A stretch of DNA of 64,000 nucleotides, taken from the sequence record NC_005260.1, one strand, 5' to 3'. The position numbers and the translations under genes were made by a program. Below the pieces are notes generated by a model, which ran no database searches, was not told where the DNA came from, and was given only the letters and a program-made list of their open reading frames with translations. Shown here one piece after another: positions 1 to 9,480 of the stretch. Positions within the stretch are counted from its first letter, which is position 1. Every line of letters begins with the position of its first letter.

Positions 1-1
1 C

Positions 2-1075
2 TTGCTTACCTACTGGTACTTGCAACGATACGAAGGCAAAGTGTTGGTACTCGTTCCAACAACTGCGCTTGTTGATCAGATGATTGGCGACTTCGCAGAT
101 TATCGTCTTATCCCTCGCAACGCTTGTCTCGGTGTTATGGCCGGCACAAGAAAGAACGGTAGCGAGCCAATCGTTGTTTCTACATGGCAAAGTGCATGTA
201 AGATGAACTCCGAATGGTTTAAGCAGTTCGGGATGATTATAGTTGATGAATGCCATTTGTCAACAGCAAAAGAGCTGACAACGATCATTAAAGGCATGGC
301 AGATTGTCGTTTCAAAATCGGCATGAGTGGGTCTTTGCGCGACGGCAAAGCAAACGTTTTGCAATATATCGGCATGTTTGGTGATGTATTCCGTCCTGTA
401 ACAACTAAGAAACTTATGGAAGACGGACAAGTAACAGACTTAGATATCAACGCCGTGTTTTTGCGTTATCCAGATCACGAAACGATCTTGCATAAGGGTA
501 AAGCATATGCGGATGAAATCAAAGTCATTAACAATCATACCAAACGAAATGCTTGGATTTGTAGACTTGCGTTGAAGCTTGCCAAAGAACGGAACGAAAA
601 CGTGCTTATTATGTTTAAACACGTTGCTCATGGCAAGTGGCTGTATGAAGCCTTGAAAAAGAAATACGGTGAAAAAGTTCACTTTGTTTCTGGCGAGACT
701 AAGACAGATGATAGAGTTAAGCTGAAAGGCGATGCCGAGAATGAAGACGGTTTGATCATCGTCGCGTCTCTGGGAGTATTCTCTACCGGTATCAGTATCA
801 AGAAATTGCATCATGTAATCTTCTCTGCACCGACCAAGAGTAAAATCCTCGTTCTCCAATCGATAGGCCGCGTTCTCCGCAAACATAGCAGCAAAGACGT
901 AGCTACCCTTTGGGATATCATCGACGATATCTGTGTTAAGCCAAAGAGCTCCAATTCGAAGAAGAAGTATGTCCACAAAAACTACGCTTACAATCACGGG
1001 CTAGAACGGATCCAACGATACAGTTCAGAAAACTTTAACTATCGGATAAAAGAGGTGGCACTTGAAACAGTTTGA
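2..1075 (+). CDS. uvsW: UvsW SF2 DNA/RNA helicase (5'-truncated by window edge)
   Basis: DECH motif (IIVDECH), SGS motif III, QSIGRVLR motif VI; followed by a uvsW.1-like ORF. Confidence 0.95.
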   Translation: MLTYWYLQRYEGKVLVLVPTTALVDQMIGDFADYRLIPRNACLGVMAGTRKNGSEPIVVSTWQSACKMNSEWFKQFGMIIVDECHLSTAKELTTIIKGMADCRFKIGMSGSLRDGKANVLQYIGMFGDVFRPVTTKKLMEDGQVTDLDINAVFLRYPDHETILHKGKAYADEIKVINNHTKRNAWICRLALKLAKERNENVLIMFKHVAHGKWLYEALKKKYGEKVHFVSGETKTDDRVKLKGDAENEDGLIIVASLGVFSTGISIKKLHHVIFSAPTKSKILVLQSIGRVLRKHSSKDVATLWDIIDDICVKPKSSNSKKKYVHKNYAYNHGLERIQRYSSENFNYRIKEVALETV

Positions 1076-1319
1076 TTCATTTTTAGCAGAAGCAGAGGAG
1101 AAAGCCCGCGTAGCAATCGAGGGCTTTCTCGATAAGGTATATAACTGCAAAACAGTGGACGGCGTTAGCGAACTAGAGAAATTCTATTCCAAACGCAAGA
1201 AGGAAGTTAACATTAGCGATTCCGAAGATATTCAGATTCGTGATGCACTGAGCGGGCGCAAGAAAGAGATCGAATCTCAAGACAGCGCGGAAGCAGAAGG
1301 CAAGAAAGTTGACCTATGA
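1062..1319 (+). CDS. uvsW.1: UvsW.1-like small acidic protein
   Basis: 85 aa, TTG start overlapping uvsW end; resembles T4 UvsW.1 in sequence and position. Confidence 0.75.
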   Translation: MKQFDSFLAEAEEKARVAIEGFLDKVYNCKTVDGVSELEKFYSKRKKEVNISDSEDIQIRDALSGRKKEIESQDSAEAEGKKVDL

Positions 1320-1348
1320 AAAAGGGAGCCGATGGCTCCCTTTTTTTT
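1319..1348. terminator. Bidirectional intrinsic terminator
   Basis: AAAAGGGAGCC-GAT-GGCTCCCTTTTTTTT between convergent genes. Confidence 0.9.
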
Positions 1349-1661
1349 ATTTCCTGAATCTGGCAGAACCATGAAGATTGAAAATACTTTCAGATTTATC
1401 ATACACAGTAACGAGTTGATCCTGCTCCCGAACGATGTAGATAACACGGTCACTCACATAAAAATCAACGGGGTCATATCCATGACGTTCATAAATGGCA
1501 GTCATTAGCCTAGTGTTGTTCTTCATACTTGCTTCTATCTTTGCATTATAGAGATCACGGGCGATTGCATAAGCAACACCGCGACCCTCTATCAGCAAAT
1601 CGGGGAAACGCTCTTTAAAGCGAGTCATAACGTGACGGGTGAAAGTAAATTTCATGCTCAT
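1347..1661 (-). CDS. Hypothetical protein
   Basis: 104-aa ORF; TRHVMTRFKERF resembles phage HxxxRxxER proteins. Confidence 0.7.
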   Translation of the reverse strand: MSMKFTFTRHVMTRFKERFPDLLIEGRGVAYAIARDLYNAKIEASMKNNTRLMTAIYERHGYDPVDFYVSDRVIYIVREQDQLVTVYDKSESIFNLHGSARFRK

Positions 1662-1667
1662 AGTATA

Positions 1668-2078
1668 TTATTCTCCAGCTTCTAGTTTACGACAATCTAT
1701 AATAGCTCGCAATGAGAAACCACGCTGACGAACGGCTTCCATTGATTGACGACAAAAATCGGCTTTTGCTTGACTGAGTTCTACTGCCGCGTTTTTCTTG
1801 ATAACTTCCTCGTCACCCGCGATAACAGTTTTTAGCTCGGTGGGACTGTATACGTCCATGCATACTTCGTCCTCACTTCTTCCAGTATAGAACATAAACC
1901 GGTCACGTAACATCTTTTTGCGTTCGGCATCAAGTCTAGTTATTTCTCGATTTATGTCGGCGAGATACCGGTTCCATTTTCCATACAGAACCGGATTCTC
2001 TGCTACCTCAGTTTGAACCGCAGTCAACTTAATCGGCAAATCTGCCTTAAGCTCTTCCTTTAGTTCATCAAGAGTCAA
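1668..2078 (-). CDS. uvsY: UvsY recombination mediator
   Basis: LDELKEELKADL...LYGKW...RGFSLRAIID closely parallels T4 UvsY. Confidence 0.92.
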   Translation of the reverse strand: MTLDELKEELKADLPIKLTAVQTEVAENPVLYGKWNRYLADINREITRLDAERKKMLRDRFMFYTGRSEDEVCMDVYSPTELKTVIAGDEEVIKKNAAVELSQAKADFCRQSMEAVRQRGFSLRAIIDCRKLEAGE

Positions 2079-2245
2079 AGCAATTCTACCTCGTCGAGGT
2101 CAAAACTACCGTTGCTCTCATTTACCGAAGATTGTAGATCTTCTAGGTAACGTTTGCAAACTTCTTTGTGAACTTTTTTACCGTCAACAGTTTCAACGCG
2201 ATCTGTTGGCAGCAGGTGTTGTTTACAAACAGCACACTTCTCCAT
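2075..2245 (-). CDS. UvsY.-1-like small Cys protein
   Basis: Start re-called at ATG 2245 (MEKCAVCKQ...VHKEVC...DEVELL, 56 aa); resembles the small T4 ORF upstream of uvsY. Confidence 0.7.
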   Translation of the reverse strand: MEKCAVCKQHLLPTDRVETVDGKKVHKEVCKRYLEDLQSSVNESNGSFDLDEVELL

Positions 2246-2246
2246 T

Positions 2247-2729
2247 TTACACTCCCATTTCTTTGCGAACAAGAGCACCATCAAACATCTTGCCTTGTTC
2301 TTGAGCTGCTTTCTTACAAGCGCCCATGACTTGACCAATGTTGGCACCACTCATATTTACAATGATAGCACGAATGTCGGCAGAATCAAACACTTGCGGC
2401 AGATAGTTCATGTAAAGTTGACGCTCGATCAGCATGTGACAATGACGAATGTCATCTTTCAGGATATCAACGACTTCCTGGGTTGCCATTTCGTTTGCAA
2501 TCTCTTTGGCACGTGCATAAGAAACTGCCAAAGATTCATCCAAGTTCTTGACAAACTTACGAATAACAGCTTGTACCTGTTCGTCGGATACAGTAGCGTT
2601 ACCGGCCGGAGAAGCTTCGCCAATCAGAGTGGTCAGCGCGTTGATTTTCAGTTTACCGATATCAGTAGAACGGTCAGCGGATTTCCGCAGAGCGATTTGA
2701 TCTTTTTTCAGTTGTTCAAGCAAAGACAT
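2247..2729 (-). CDS. GatB/YqeY-domain protein
   Basis: MSLLEQLKKDQIALRK...LPQ...IGQVMG pattern typical of YqeY. Confidence 0.7.
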   Translation of the reverse strand: MSLLEQLKKDQIALRKSADRSTDIGKLKINALTTLIGEASPAGNATVSDEQVQAVIRKFVKNLDESLAVSYARAKEIANEMATQEVVDILKDDIRHCHMLIERQLYMNYLPQVFDSADIRAIIVNMSGANIGQVMGACKKAAQEQGKMFDGALVRKEMGV

Positions 2730-2744
2730 TTTATTTTCCTTATG

Positions 2745-2760
2745 AGGGGCCGAAGCCCCT
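2745..2760 (-). terminator. Stem-loop after dda
   Basis: AGGGGC-CGAA-GCCCCT (UUCG loop on minus strand). Confidence 0.6.
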
Positions 2761-4124
2761 TAGCAATATATTACCCATTTCTGGGCGCGTGTGCAACCGA
2801 CGTAGCCTAGTTGCGTTTGAATTTCAAATTGAGCAAAGTTCATATCACCGGTATAAACACAGACACCGATAACAGTTGTGCCTTGACTCTTGTGGAAAGT
2901 CGATGCACCCAAGCTCTTTGTGTTAACGAACATCCCTTTCACTTGCCAGAACGATTCCCAGAGCCTGGAAGTAGCTTTGCCACTGCCCATCTGTTTGTAC
3001 TGACTCGCAGCATAGGACAACGCTTCATCCAACAGGACTTGACTACTTGCATCCCACACAACAGAGATCTCTACCTCTTTATCGCTATCAACGTTGTCGG
3101 TAACGTCGGTTTCTTGGCGCTCGACCAGCATTGTTGCGACTTCGATTTGAATTGGCTCAACATACGGCAAGCTAATGTATTTCAACTGGCGCTTGATTGA
3201 TCCTGGGATAATCTTAACAGTTTCGCCGTTGTTTAGCAACGTCTCCGTGAAAGTTTCTCCACCAATTTCTTCTTCGCGCATAACAGGCTCTTGCATTACC
3301 AGATATTCGTTATCAACGAACGGCTCGGTAGTCTTGTAAACGTGTTTCCTGATTACTCGGTTGAAGCTGTTTACCACATCGTTAGTATACGCCAACATGC
3401 GGTAGTTTAGCAAGTCTTCTGGCGTTTTTACTTTCGACAAATAGATTTGCATCATTTTTGCAATCGTTTTTACATCAAGCACACCTGTTCCGGTTGCTTT
3501 GTCCCAATTTGTCTCAAACCAGCCACCATTACGAATCTTGGTAGCGACTTGAATAATCGGGTTACCGGCTTGTTGACGAACAACAGTTTTCAGCTCTGCT
3601 AACCGAAAACGCTTGTCGGTAAAGAAAGGACTAATCTCTCCCGGTGCGTGTCTGACTGGCTGAATCTGGTGTTTGTCACCGATAGCGATAATCTGACAAA
3701 ACGGATGCACAGATTTTAGCAAGATTTCAAACAAATCGTTATCTACCATACTCGCTTCATCAACGATCAGGTACCGAACGGCTTTGAGATCTTCCTTTGC
3801 TTTATCGCTTTTTGATTGTTTGAATTCCCGAACATCTTCATATGTATCTGGATGAATCTTCAATACACTGTGAATTGTGCTCGCGGTGAATCCGCTCATT
3901 TTGCTAAGAACGATCTTTGCTTGGTGTGTCGGTGCACATGTTATAACGGCACCGCTGTTCAAATCAAGCAGTTTTTGGATCAAAATCTTAGTCAAAAATG
4001 ACTTACCGCTACCAGCGGGACCAGAAATCGTGATATGTTTCTTGTCTGTTAAAACTGCATCGATTGCAGTTTTCTGGCAGTCGGTAAGAATAATTTTAGC
4101 TAATAGGCTCGCTGCCTCGCTCAT
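2760..4124 (-). CDS. dda: Dda SF1B DNA helicase
   Basis: GPAGSGKS Walker A, APTHQA, IVDEASM, GDKHQIQP, STFHKSQG, YVGCTRA. Confidence 0.93.
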   Translation of the reverse strand: MSEAASLLAKIILTDCQKTAIDAVLTDKKHITISGPAGSGKSFLTKILIQKLLDLNSGAVITCAPTHQAKIVLSKMSGFTASTIHSVLKIHPDTYEDVREFKQSKSDKAKEDLKAVRYLIVDEASMVDNDLFEILLKSVHPFCQIIAIGDKHQIQPVRHAPGEISPFFTDKRFRLAELKTVVRQQAGNPIIQVATKIRNGGWFETNWDKATGTGVLDVKTIAKMMQIYLSKVKTPEDLLNYRMLAYTNDVVNSFNRVIRKHVYKTTEPFVDNEYLVMQEPVMREEEIGGETFTETLLNNGETVKIIPGSIKRQLKYISLPYVEPIQIEVATMLVERQETDVTDNVDSDKEVEISVVWDASSQVLLDEALSYAASQYKQMGSGKATSRLWESFWQVKGMFVNTKSLGASTFHKSQGTTVIGVCVYTGDMNFAQFEIQTQLGYVGCTRAQKWVIYC

Positions 4125-4126
4125 TG

Positions 4127-4456
4127 TTACTCCTCAAAGAATGATTCAACTACCTCTTGTTCGAGATTTTGAATACAAAAATAGGTCTGACCGTTAATGT
4201 CAAACGTGAACGGATTAAACTCGTTTTCGATGTGAGTTACCCAAACGTCACCAATTGCCAATCCCAGCAGTTTAGCTCCGTGTTTTCCTTCCAGAGAATC
4301 GCGCATTGCATCGATCAGTGTATCGAGTTGCATCAGACCATCTTCCATTTCATCGTCGTTCACATGAACGGTGATAGGGAAGTTACCGACGTCTTCAACG
4401 AGACTGGACGGCAGTTGACGACGCAGGTTGTAAGCAAACAACAGGGTATTTTCCAT
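4127..4456 (-). CDS. Hypothetical protein
   Basis: 109-aa ORF with GAGGA RBS. Confidence 0.7.
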   Translation of the reverse strand: MENTLLFAYNLRRQLPSSLVEDVGNFPITVHVNDDEMEDGLMQLDTLIDAMRDSLEGKHGAKLLGLAIGDVWVTHIENEFNPFTFDINGQTYFCIQNLEQEVVESFFEE

Positions 4457-4467
4457 GATAAATTCCT

Positions 4468-4474
4468 CTAAATA
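4468..4474 (+). promoter_or_regulatory. Late promoter (CTAAATA) for alt
   Basis: Same heptamer precedes gene 34, both distal fibres and the lysis block. Confidence 0.75.
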
Positions 4475-4500
4475 AACAATATAACGTAAGGAGTTCGAAA

Positions 4501-6441
4501 ATGAGCATTAAAGAAATGTTGATGACCGAGGCATCGCCCGTTCCATACACTTCTACAAAAACAAACAAAAACTCACTGTCCGATGATCTCTGGACTTTCT
4601 CAGTAGGTCCCAAAACTCTAGGTGTGAAGGCAAACAGTATGCGTCCAACCGGTTTGGCTACCTACAAGAAGTCAGCTCTACCGTCAGTATTTCACATGTT
4701 CGAAATCGAGTCAAGTGGTAAAACAACTCGAAACATCAAAACTATTCCGAAGCCGCTTAACGCGATTGCTACCGTTGCTGAGATTATAGCAAACGAAACT
4801 CACGAAAACAAGATGAATGACGTTGTTATTTTCCGTGTTCCGTCTAGCATGGGCAAAGCCGAAAGCGTCAGTGCTATTGTATCTCGGTACGTGAAAAAGA
4901 GCGGTGTTCCTTTTGAGCCGAAGGGTGTTATCAACGTCGGTGAAAAGGGATTCAACTACATTTTCATTACTCGCAAGGGTAAAAACCCAACTGTTGCTCA
5001 AGTTTTTGGCATCAAAGACGACGAAGTGGTTACACTTGCCGACTTGTCTGCACATGAAGCAACTGTGGAAAAGATTGTAGCAAAGATTGAGCCGATGATC
5101 AAGCGGCAAGTTCCGTCTATGATTAAAGTTTCTGAAATTGTTGGTGGTAGTGATGTTCCTGCTCCGGCTGCATCATTTATTAAAGACAATCCTCCTGTGT
5201 TGGGAAACATCGATGTAAAAAAGAAAACCGAGTTCAAAGTTGCGGATTTGTTTGCTAAGTATGAGCTTGATTCAAGCAACGTGTTTATGTCGTCAACTAA
5301 CCCAACGGGTGATCGTCCGGCTAAAACAAGCAACATCGCGGGCATTATTTCCATGAACTCAATGGCAGATAGCGTAGAAGCGAAACAGTTTGCAACTCAG
5401 ATCGGTGAAATGAATATCACGATGAAAGACTTTGTGGAAAACAGCGATAAAATGGCAAGTCTGAAAAAGTTCATTGAGGATGAAATCACCGCTAATGCTA
5501 CCGAGGTTGAAAATATTATACAGTCGGTATTTACCCACGGTATCGTTGAATCGATTTCAGATAAGATAACAGGAGCATATGCCAGCTTCCGTCCTACTTA
5601 TATCGCAAAGGAAGATGCGAATATCATTGACCGTTATTGCGGCTCGGGTTATTCTCAAATCAACAATCAGCTTATTCATGGAATTATTTCAGGAAACGCG
5701 ACTGAGTGGATCAAGAAACTAGATGAAGCGTTTGATCGTTCTGGCGTTCGTGTGAATCCGGAACTAACTGTGTATCGTGGTAGTAAGCTACCTAGCTCGG
5801 AAGTGTTTGATATCACGGTTGGCAAGCTTTTCCACTTTAGAGCGTTCGTTAGTACGTCATTGAATCCACGCACCGGATTTAGCTTTGGTGGCAACGATAA
5901 ACACGACATCGCCAGAGTGTTGACCAACACACAACGAAGAGACAAGATTGATGATACCGAGCCGATGCAGGATCCAATGACTGCTGCATTTATGATCAGT
6001 GGACTTGATAAGATTCCTGTTATTATTCCAGGTACTTATAGCCCATACGAAAGAGAATGCGAAGTTGTTCTACCTCGTGGTACCACTATTCGAATCGAAG
6101 ATATGGCAACCGCGAACTTGAATAAGTTCACAAAAACACTTACCAATATTCTTTTCGTTTGTAAGGGTGTCGCTCCGTCGGAAGTAAGCATTAATGAAGT
6201 CATTTATGATGGCGATGAATTCATGAATACAGGAAGACTGGTAGAATTCTCTCAATTCTCAGATCGCGAAATTGAACTAACAGAAGCTAAGAAGAAGGCA
6301 GACAAAGCAGACAGCAAAATTAAAGCTGCTATGTTGTTCACTGCCGCTGTTAATAGCGAGTCATTCACCAAGCAAATGAGTAAGAAAGAGAAAGAAGAAA
6401 TGAAACGGATCGCAGACAAATACTGCGGGTCTATTATGTGA
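4501..6441 (+). CDS. alt: Alt-like NAD:protein ADP-ribosyltransferase
   Basis: C-terminal ART motifs YRG, STS, ERECEVVLPRG; position next to gene 30 as in T4. Confidence 0.85.
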   Translation: MSIKEMLMTEASPVPYTSTKTNKNSLSDDLWTFSVGPKTLGVKANSMRPTGLATYKKSALPSVFHMFEIESSGKTTRNIKTIPKPLNAIATVAEIIANETHENKMNDVVIFRVPSSMGKAESVSAIVSRYVKKSGVPFEPKGVINVGEKGFNYIFITRKGKNPTVAQVFGIKDDEVVTLADLSAHEATVEKIVAKIEPMIKRQVPSMIKVSEIVGGSDVPAPAASFIKDNPPVLGNIDVKKKTEFKVADLFAKYELDSSNVFMSSTNPTGDRPAKTSNIAGIISMNSMADSVEAKQFATQIGEMNITMKDFVENSDKMASLKKFIEDEITANATEVENIIQSVFTHGIVESISDKITGAYASFRPTYIAKEDANIIDRYCGSGYSQINNQLIHGIISGNATEWIKKLDEAFDRSGVRVNPELTVYRGSKLPSSEVFDITVGKLFHFRAFVSTSLNPRTGFSFGGNDKHDIARVLTNTQRRDKIDDTEPMQDPMTAAFMISGLDKIPVIIPGTYSPYERECEVVLPRGTTIRIEDMATANLNKFTKTLTNILFVCKGVAPSEVSINEVIYDGDEFMNTGRLVEFSQFSDREIELTEAKKKADKADSKIKAAMLFTAAVNSESFTKQMSKKEKEEMKRIADKYCGSIM

Positions 6442-6465
6442 AAAAGGGAGCCAATGGCTCCCTTT
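6441..6465. terminator. Bidirectional intrinsic terminator
   Basis: AAAAAGGGAGCC-AAT-GGCTCCCTTT between alt and ligase. Confidence 0.88.
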
Positions 6466-6469
6466 ATTT

Positions 6470-7957
6470 TTATCCGAAAAACTTCTTGATTGTCTTTTCA
6501 TCGAATACGTGTTCGACGTTATTTGCTTCGTCTTTGTCGATGCGGCGATGTTTGATAATCGGCAGGAAGAAACTTACTTCCTTCTTATTTTTCTTGTTGC
6601 GAGTCAAACCATTACACTCGATTTCCCAGATTGAGCCAATCAGTTCGCCGGCAATACTCATGAGATATTCACGATCCAGATAGTCGCGCTCATGCATGGG
6701 GATAACAACCCATTGCTTAGTCTTCTTATCTTTGACTTGAGTCGTATCGGTGAAACCGGAGCCACAGTTACAGCGAACTTTACCGTCGGCAGTCTCGATT
6801 GTGAATCCACCAACTTTGTTCGGATCTTTCTCATGTGGATACAAAGCGACCACTCGAACGTCAACACGAATTTTTTCTTTGAACTTCACCTGATCTTTAC
6901 TACGGGTATTCTTCCACATATTCAGACCACATTTCAGAATAATCCCTTCGTATCCAAGATCACGATAACGCTGGTAAACCGCTTTGGCGTCGGCCAGTGT
7001 GCTTACCTTAGTCTGTTCTATGATCTCTACACGGAAGCTATCGCAACGCGATACAAACGCTTCCAGCATTTCCCGACGCTTCTCAAAGTAGAAGTCTTTC
7101 GGACAATCGCGCTGACCGTAATACACATCACGCGGGATAATATCCCACACTTGATACACAATGCTATCAGCTTCATCGGCAGTGATCGAGTTTTTCAGGC
7201 TCTTGTTTACGATGCCGTTACCCTCTTCGCGATCTGATACATCTTCGGCTTTGTCAAAATCGTCGGAGTCGTCTTCCATTAGTGCGCTAAGACCAGTCGC
7301 AATTGCTTTTTGTTTGCGATATACCAACTCGCCGTCGATCACCCAGTTTTGCATACCAGATTTCTTGATCGCTTCTTTCAGCTTTTCCAAACCCATGTAT
7401 TCGTTACCAGCTCGGGAATACATAGTGATAGAATCGGTATCGGCGTCGATATCAGTAAAGCAACGCGCTCCATCTGCTTTCAATTCCGCGATAGCATGAC
7501 CGCGCTTGAGAATAGCCAGTGAAAGCTTGTCGTCTTCTGGCTGCGCGAGCATCTGCGGTTGTTTAGGACACAGATCTGCCCATACTTTATTCGCGATAGT
7601 TGCGCCAATGCCGATTTCGAGATCTCGGAACATAACTCGGCGAATGACGTCATAATCAAACGCATTACCCATAGACAACGCTTTAGCGAGTTCAGCAACG
7701 GCAGTGCCGCCAGTGAGTGCGCGAGTTACCAGATGGGTATTCATGAATGCCAGAGTTGCAATGATATCGGTCTTGTTCTGGAAATCAACAACAACTGGGA
7801 AAGTTTTCTTGTTGATGCCAAAGTTAATCTGCTTGTTATAAGCGAACTTAAAACAAGTGCTCAGACCAGGAAAATCTTTGTGAGATTCCACGATTTGCTG
7901 CTTTTTGTTGGTTGAATCTTCCGCGGCAATCGCTTTCAAAATGTCGAATACAAACAT
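6470..7957 (-). CDS. 30: ATP-dependent DNA ligase gp30
   Basis: ELKADGAR motif I, DGEL, EGIILK, VKFK; start re-called at ATG 7957 with AGAGG RBS. Confidence 0.95.
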   Translation of the reverse strand: MFVFDILKAIAAEDSTNKKQQIVESHKDFPGLSTCFKFAYNKQINFGINKKTFPVVVDFQNKTDIIATLAFMNTHLVTRALTGGTAVAELAKALSMGNAFDYDVIRRVMFRDLEIGIGATIANKVWADLCPKQPQMLAQPEDDKLSLAILKRGHAIAELKADGARCFTDIDADTDSITMYSRAGNEYMGLEKLKEAIKKSGMQNWVIDGELVYRKQKAIATGLSALMEDDSDDFDKAEDVSDREEGNGIVNKSLKNSITADEADSIVYQVWDIIPRDVYYGQRDCPKDFYFEKRREMLEAFVSRCDSFRVEIIEQTKVSTLADAKAVYQRYRDLGYEGIILKCGLNMWKNTRSKDQVKFKEKIRVDVRVVALYPHEKDPNKVGGFTIETADGKVRCNCGSGFTDTTQVKDKKTKQWVVIPMHERDYLDREYLMSIAGELIGSIWEIECNGLTRNKKNKKEVSFFLPIIKHRRIDKDEANNVEHVFDEKTIKKFFG

Positions 7958-7973
7958 ATAAACCCTCTTTGAA

Positions 7974-8010
7974 TGTGGCACCATTGTATCATAGTGCCAC
8001 ACGTTGTCAA
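7974..8010 (-). promoter_or_regulatory. Sigma70-type promoter inside an inverted repeat
   Basis: TTGACA-16-TACAAT (TGn extended); TGTGGCAC/GTGCCACA arms flank a 12-nt loop containing the -10. Confidence 0.7.
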
Positions 8011-8375
8011 TGAATAATCAGATCGCCACATGCAACATTACATTTGCCGCTTTTGCCGTTGACTCGAACATCACCACATTCCACAGTCAAGCGTTCAACA
8101 TCGCCGCCGATTACAACGCCACCAGCATCAACTTCAACACTAACGACATTGCCTTTGATTTCAACATCACCGGCACCAACTTCCAGTTTCTCAACATCGC
8201 CGACGATCTGAATCACAAGCTTAGAGCTGTTTTCTACTTCTTCACCGTCTACCATGACTTTGCCGCCGACGATATCGACATTCTTGCCAACAAGAGTCTT
8301 ACCGTTAACGGTAATGTTCACGCTGTTTTTGGCAAACATTCTTGCTTTGTTGCGAAATACATCCAGTAAACCCAT
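8007..8375 (-). CDS. Hypothetical protein with Gly/Val beta-strand repeats
   Basis: Repeated G(D/N)V-x-x-(L/V)xV-x-x-GD units. Confidence 0.7.
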   Translation of the reverse strand: MGLLDVFRNKARMFAKNSVNITVNGKTLVGKNVDIVGGKVMVDGEEVENSSKLVIQIVGDVEKLEVGAGDVEIKGNVVSVEVDAGGVVIGGDVERLTVECGDVRVNGKSGKCNVACGDLIIH

Positions 8376-8376
8376 G

Positions 8377-8775
8377 TTATCCCCTAAAGCTATGTGCTTT
8401 CGCGATAATGTCGCACAGAGTTTCGAAACTGCCGTTTGGTGCAGTAATGAAACCGTTCTTGATATTCGACTTGTAACGCTCGATCACTTCTTCCATAGCA
8501 GGAGTCGGTACCATGGCAACAGCAGTAATCGCGTGATTCAACCCAGGCTCATTAAAGCTATGCATACCGTTTCCGATTTCACCGTACTTGATAGCAAGAG
8601 CTTTCAGATCATCATGATCGCCGCCGTTCAGTAAAACTATTGTCTCATGATAACCAGCCCAAAGCAACACATCAGTTGGAGGATTGATCATCATTCTGGT
8701 AACAGCATGTGCTGCCTGAATACCAGCTTGTTTATCGCCTAAGTAGCGATTGATAAACACATAACACTTTTTCAT
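8377..8775 (-). CDS. Peptidyl-tRNA hydrolase 2-like protein
   Basis: GIQAAHA, TIVLLNGG, FNEPGLNHAITAVA resemble phage PTH2-like proteins. Confidence 0.6.
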   Translation of the reverse strand: MKKCYVFINRYLGDKQAGIQAAHAVTRMMINPPTDVLLWAGYHETIVLLNGGDHDDLKALAIKYGEIGNGMHSFNEPGLNHAITAVAMVPTPAMEEVIERYKSNIKNGFITAPNGSFETLCDIIAKAHSFRG

Positions 8776-9167
8776 TGAAAATCGGTTTCCTTATACTGCC
8801 AGTTCATCTTGGCATAGAATTTGCCGCCGTTCGGCAGAGTGTATTCGACAACAAAGTCCTGAGTTGGAAGAGTTTCGACAATACGACGGGTGCAGTTCAT
8901 GCACTTAACTACCATCGATTCGCTCCAAGCCGGCATTTTCCAACGCGGAGCTTCTTTCACAAATTGAACTTCATATTCCTTGTCGAGTTCGATATTGGGA
9001 ATCTCGAATACACGAACGGAAACGTCACACACTTTAACGACGATGCCGAATCCGTTACCACTGTGAACTACCAGATCGCCGATTTTCATTTCGTTGCCAA
9101 ACATGTCCACGTGTCCAGAAAACGCATAAACACGTTGGCCATTTTCAATCTTCATTACCGAAGGCAT
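8772..9167 (-). CDS. Hypothetical protein
   Basis: ORF; DMFGNEMKIGDLVV shared with neighbour. Confidence 0.7.
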   Translation of the reverse strand: MPSVMKIENGQRVYAFSGHVDMFGNEMKIGDLVVHSGNGFGIVVKVCDVSVRVFEIPNIELDKEYEVQFVKEAPRWKMPAWSESMVVKCMNCTRRIVETLPTQDFVVEYTLPNGGKFYAKMNWQYKETDFQ

Positions 9168-9478
9168 GACAAGTATTCCTCTTTTATGTTAACATTTTTA
9201 ATGATTCTATTCTGAATCGTGTCCACGATGTTGCAATCGTTCAAGTTTGTTTTGTAAAACAAGAACGTGTTTGTAACAATTACAGTGGAACAAGGCACTT
9301 CAATTCCGTTTGAATTAATGTCGGTAAACGTCATTTCGTGGCCGTCAGATTTAACAGCAGACACGATTCGGCATTTGTCATTCGCAACAGCAACAGTCAA
9401 GCAGATTTTTGTTCCACTTTCACCATGATAAATTACAACAGACCCACGACGAACTAGATTACCGAACATATCTTTCAT
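9155..9478 (-). CDS. Hypothetical protein
   Basis: ORF; KDMFGNLVRRGSVVI. Confidence 0.7.
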   Translation of the reverse strand: MKDMFGNLVRRGSVVIYHGESGTKICLTVAVANDKCRIVSAVKSDGHEMTFTDINSNGIEVPCSTVIVTNTFLFYKTNLNDCNIVDTIQNRIIKNVNIKEEYLSCLR

Positions 9479-9480
9479 GA

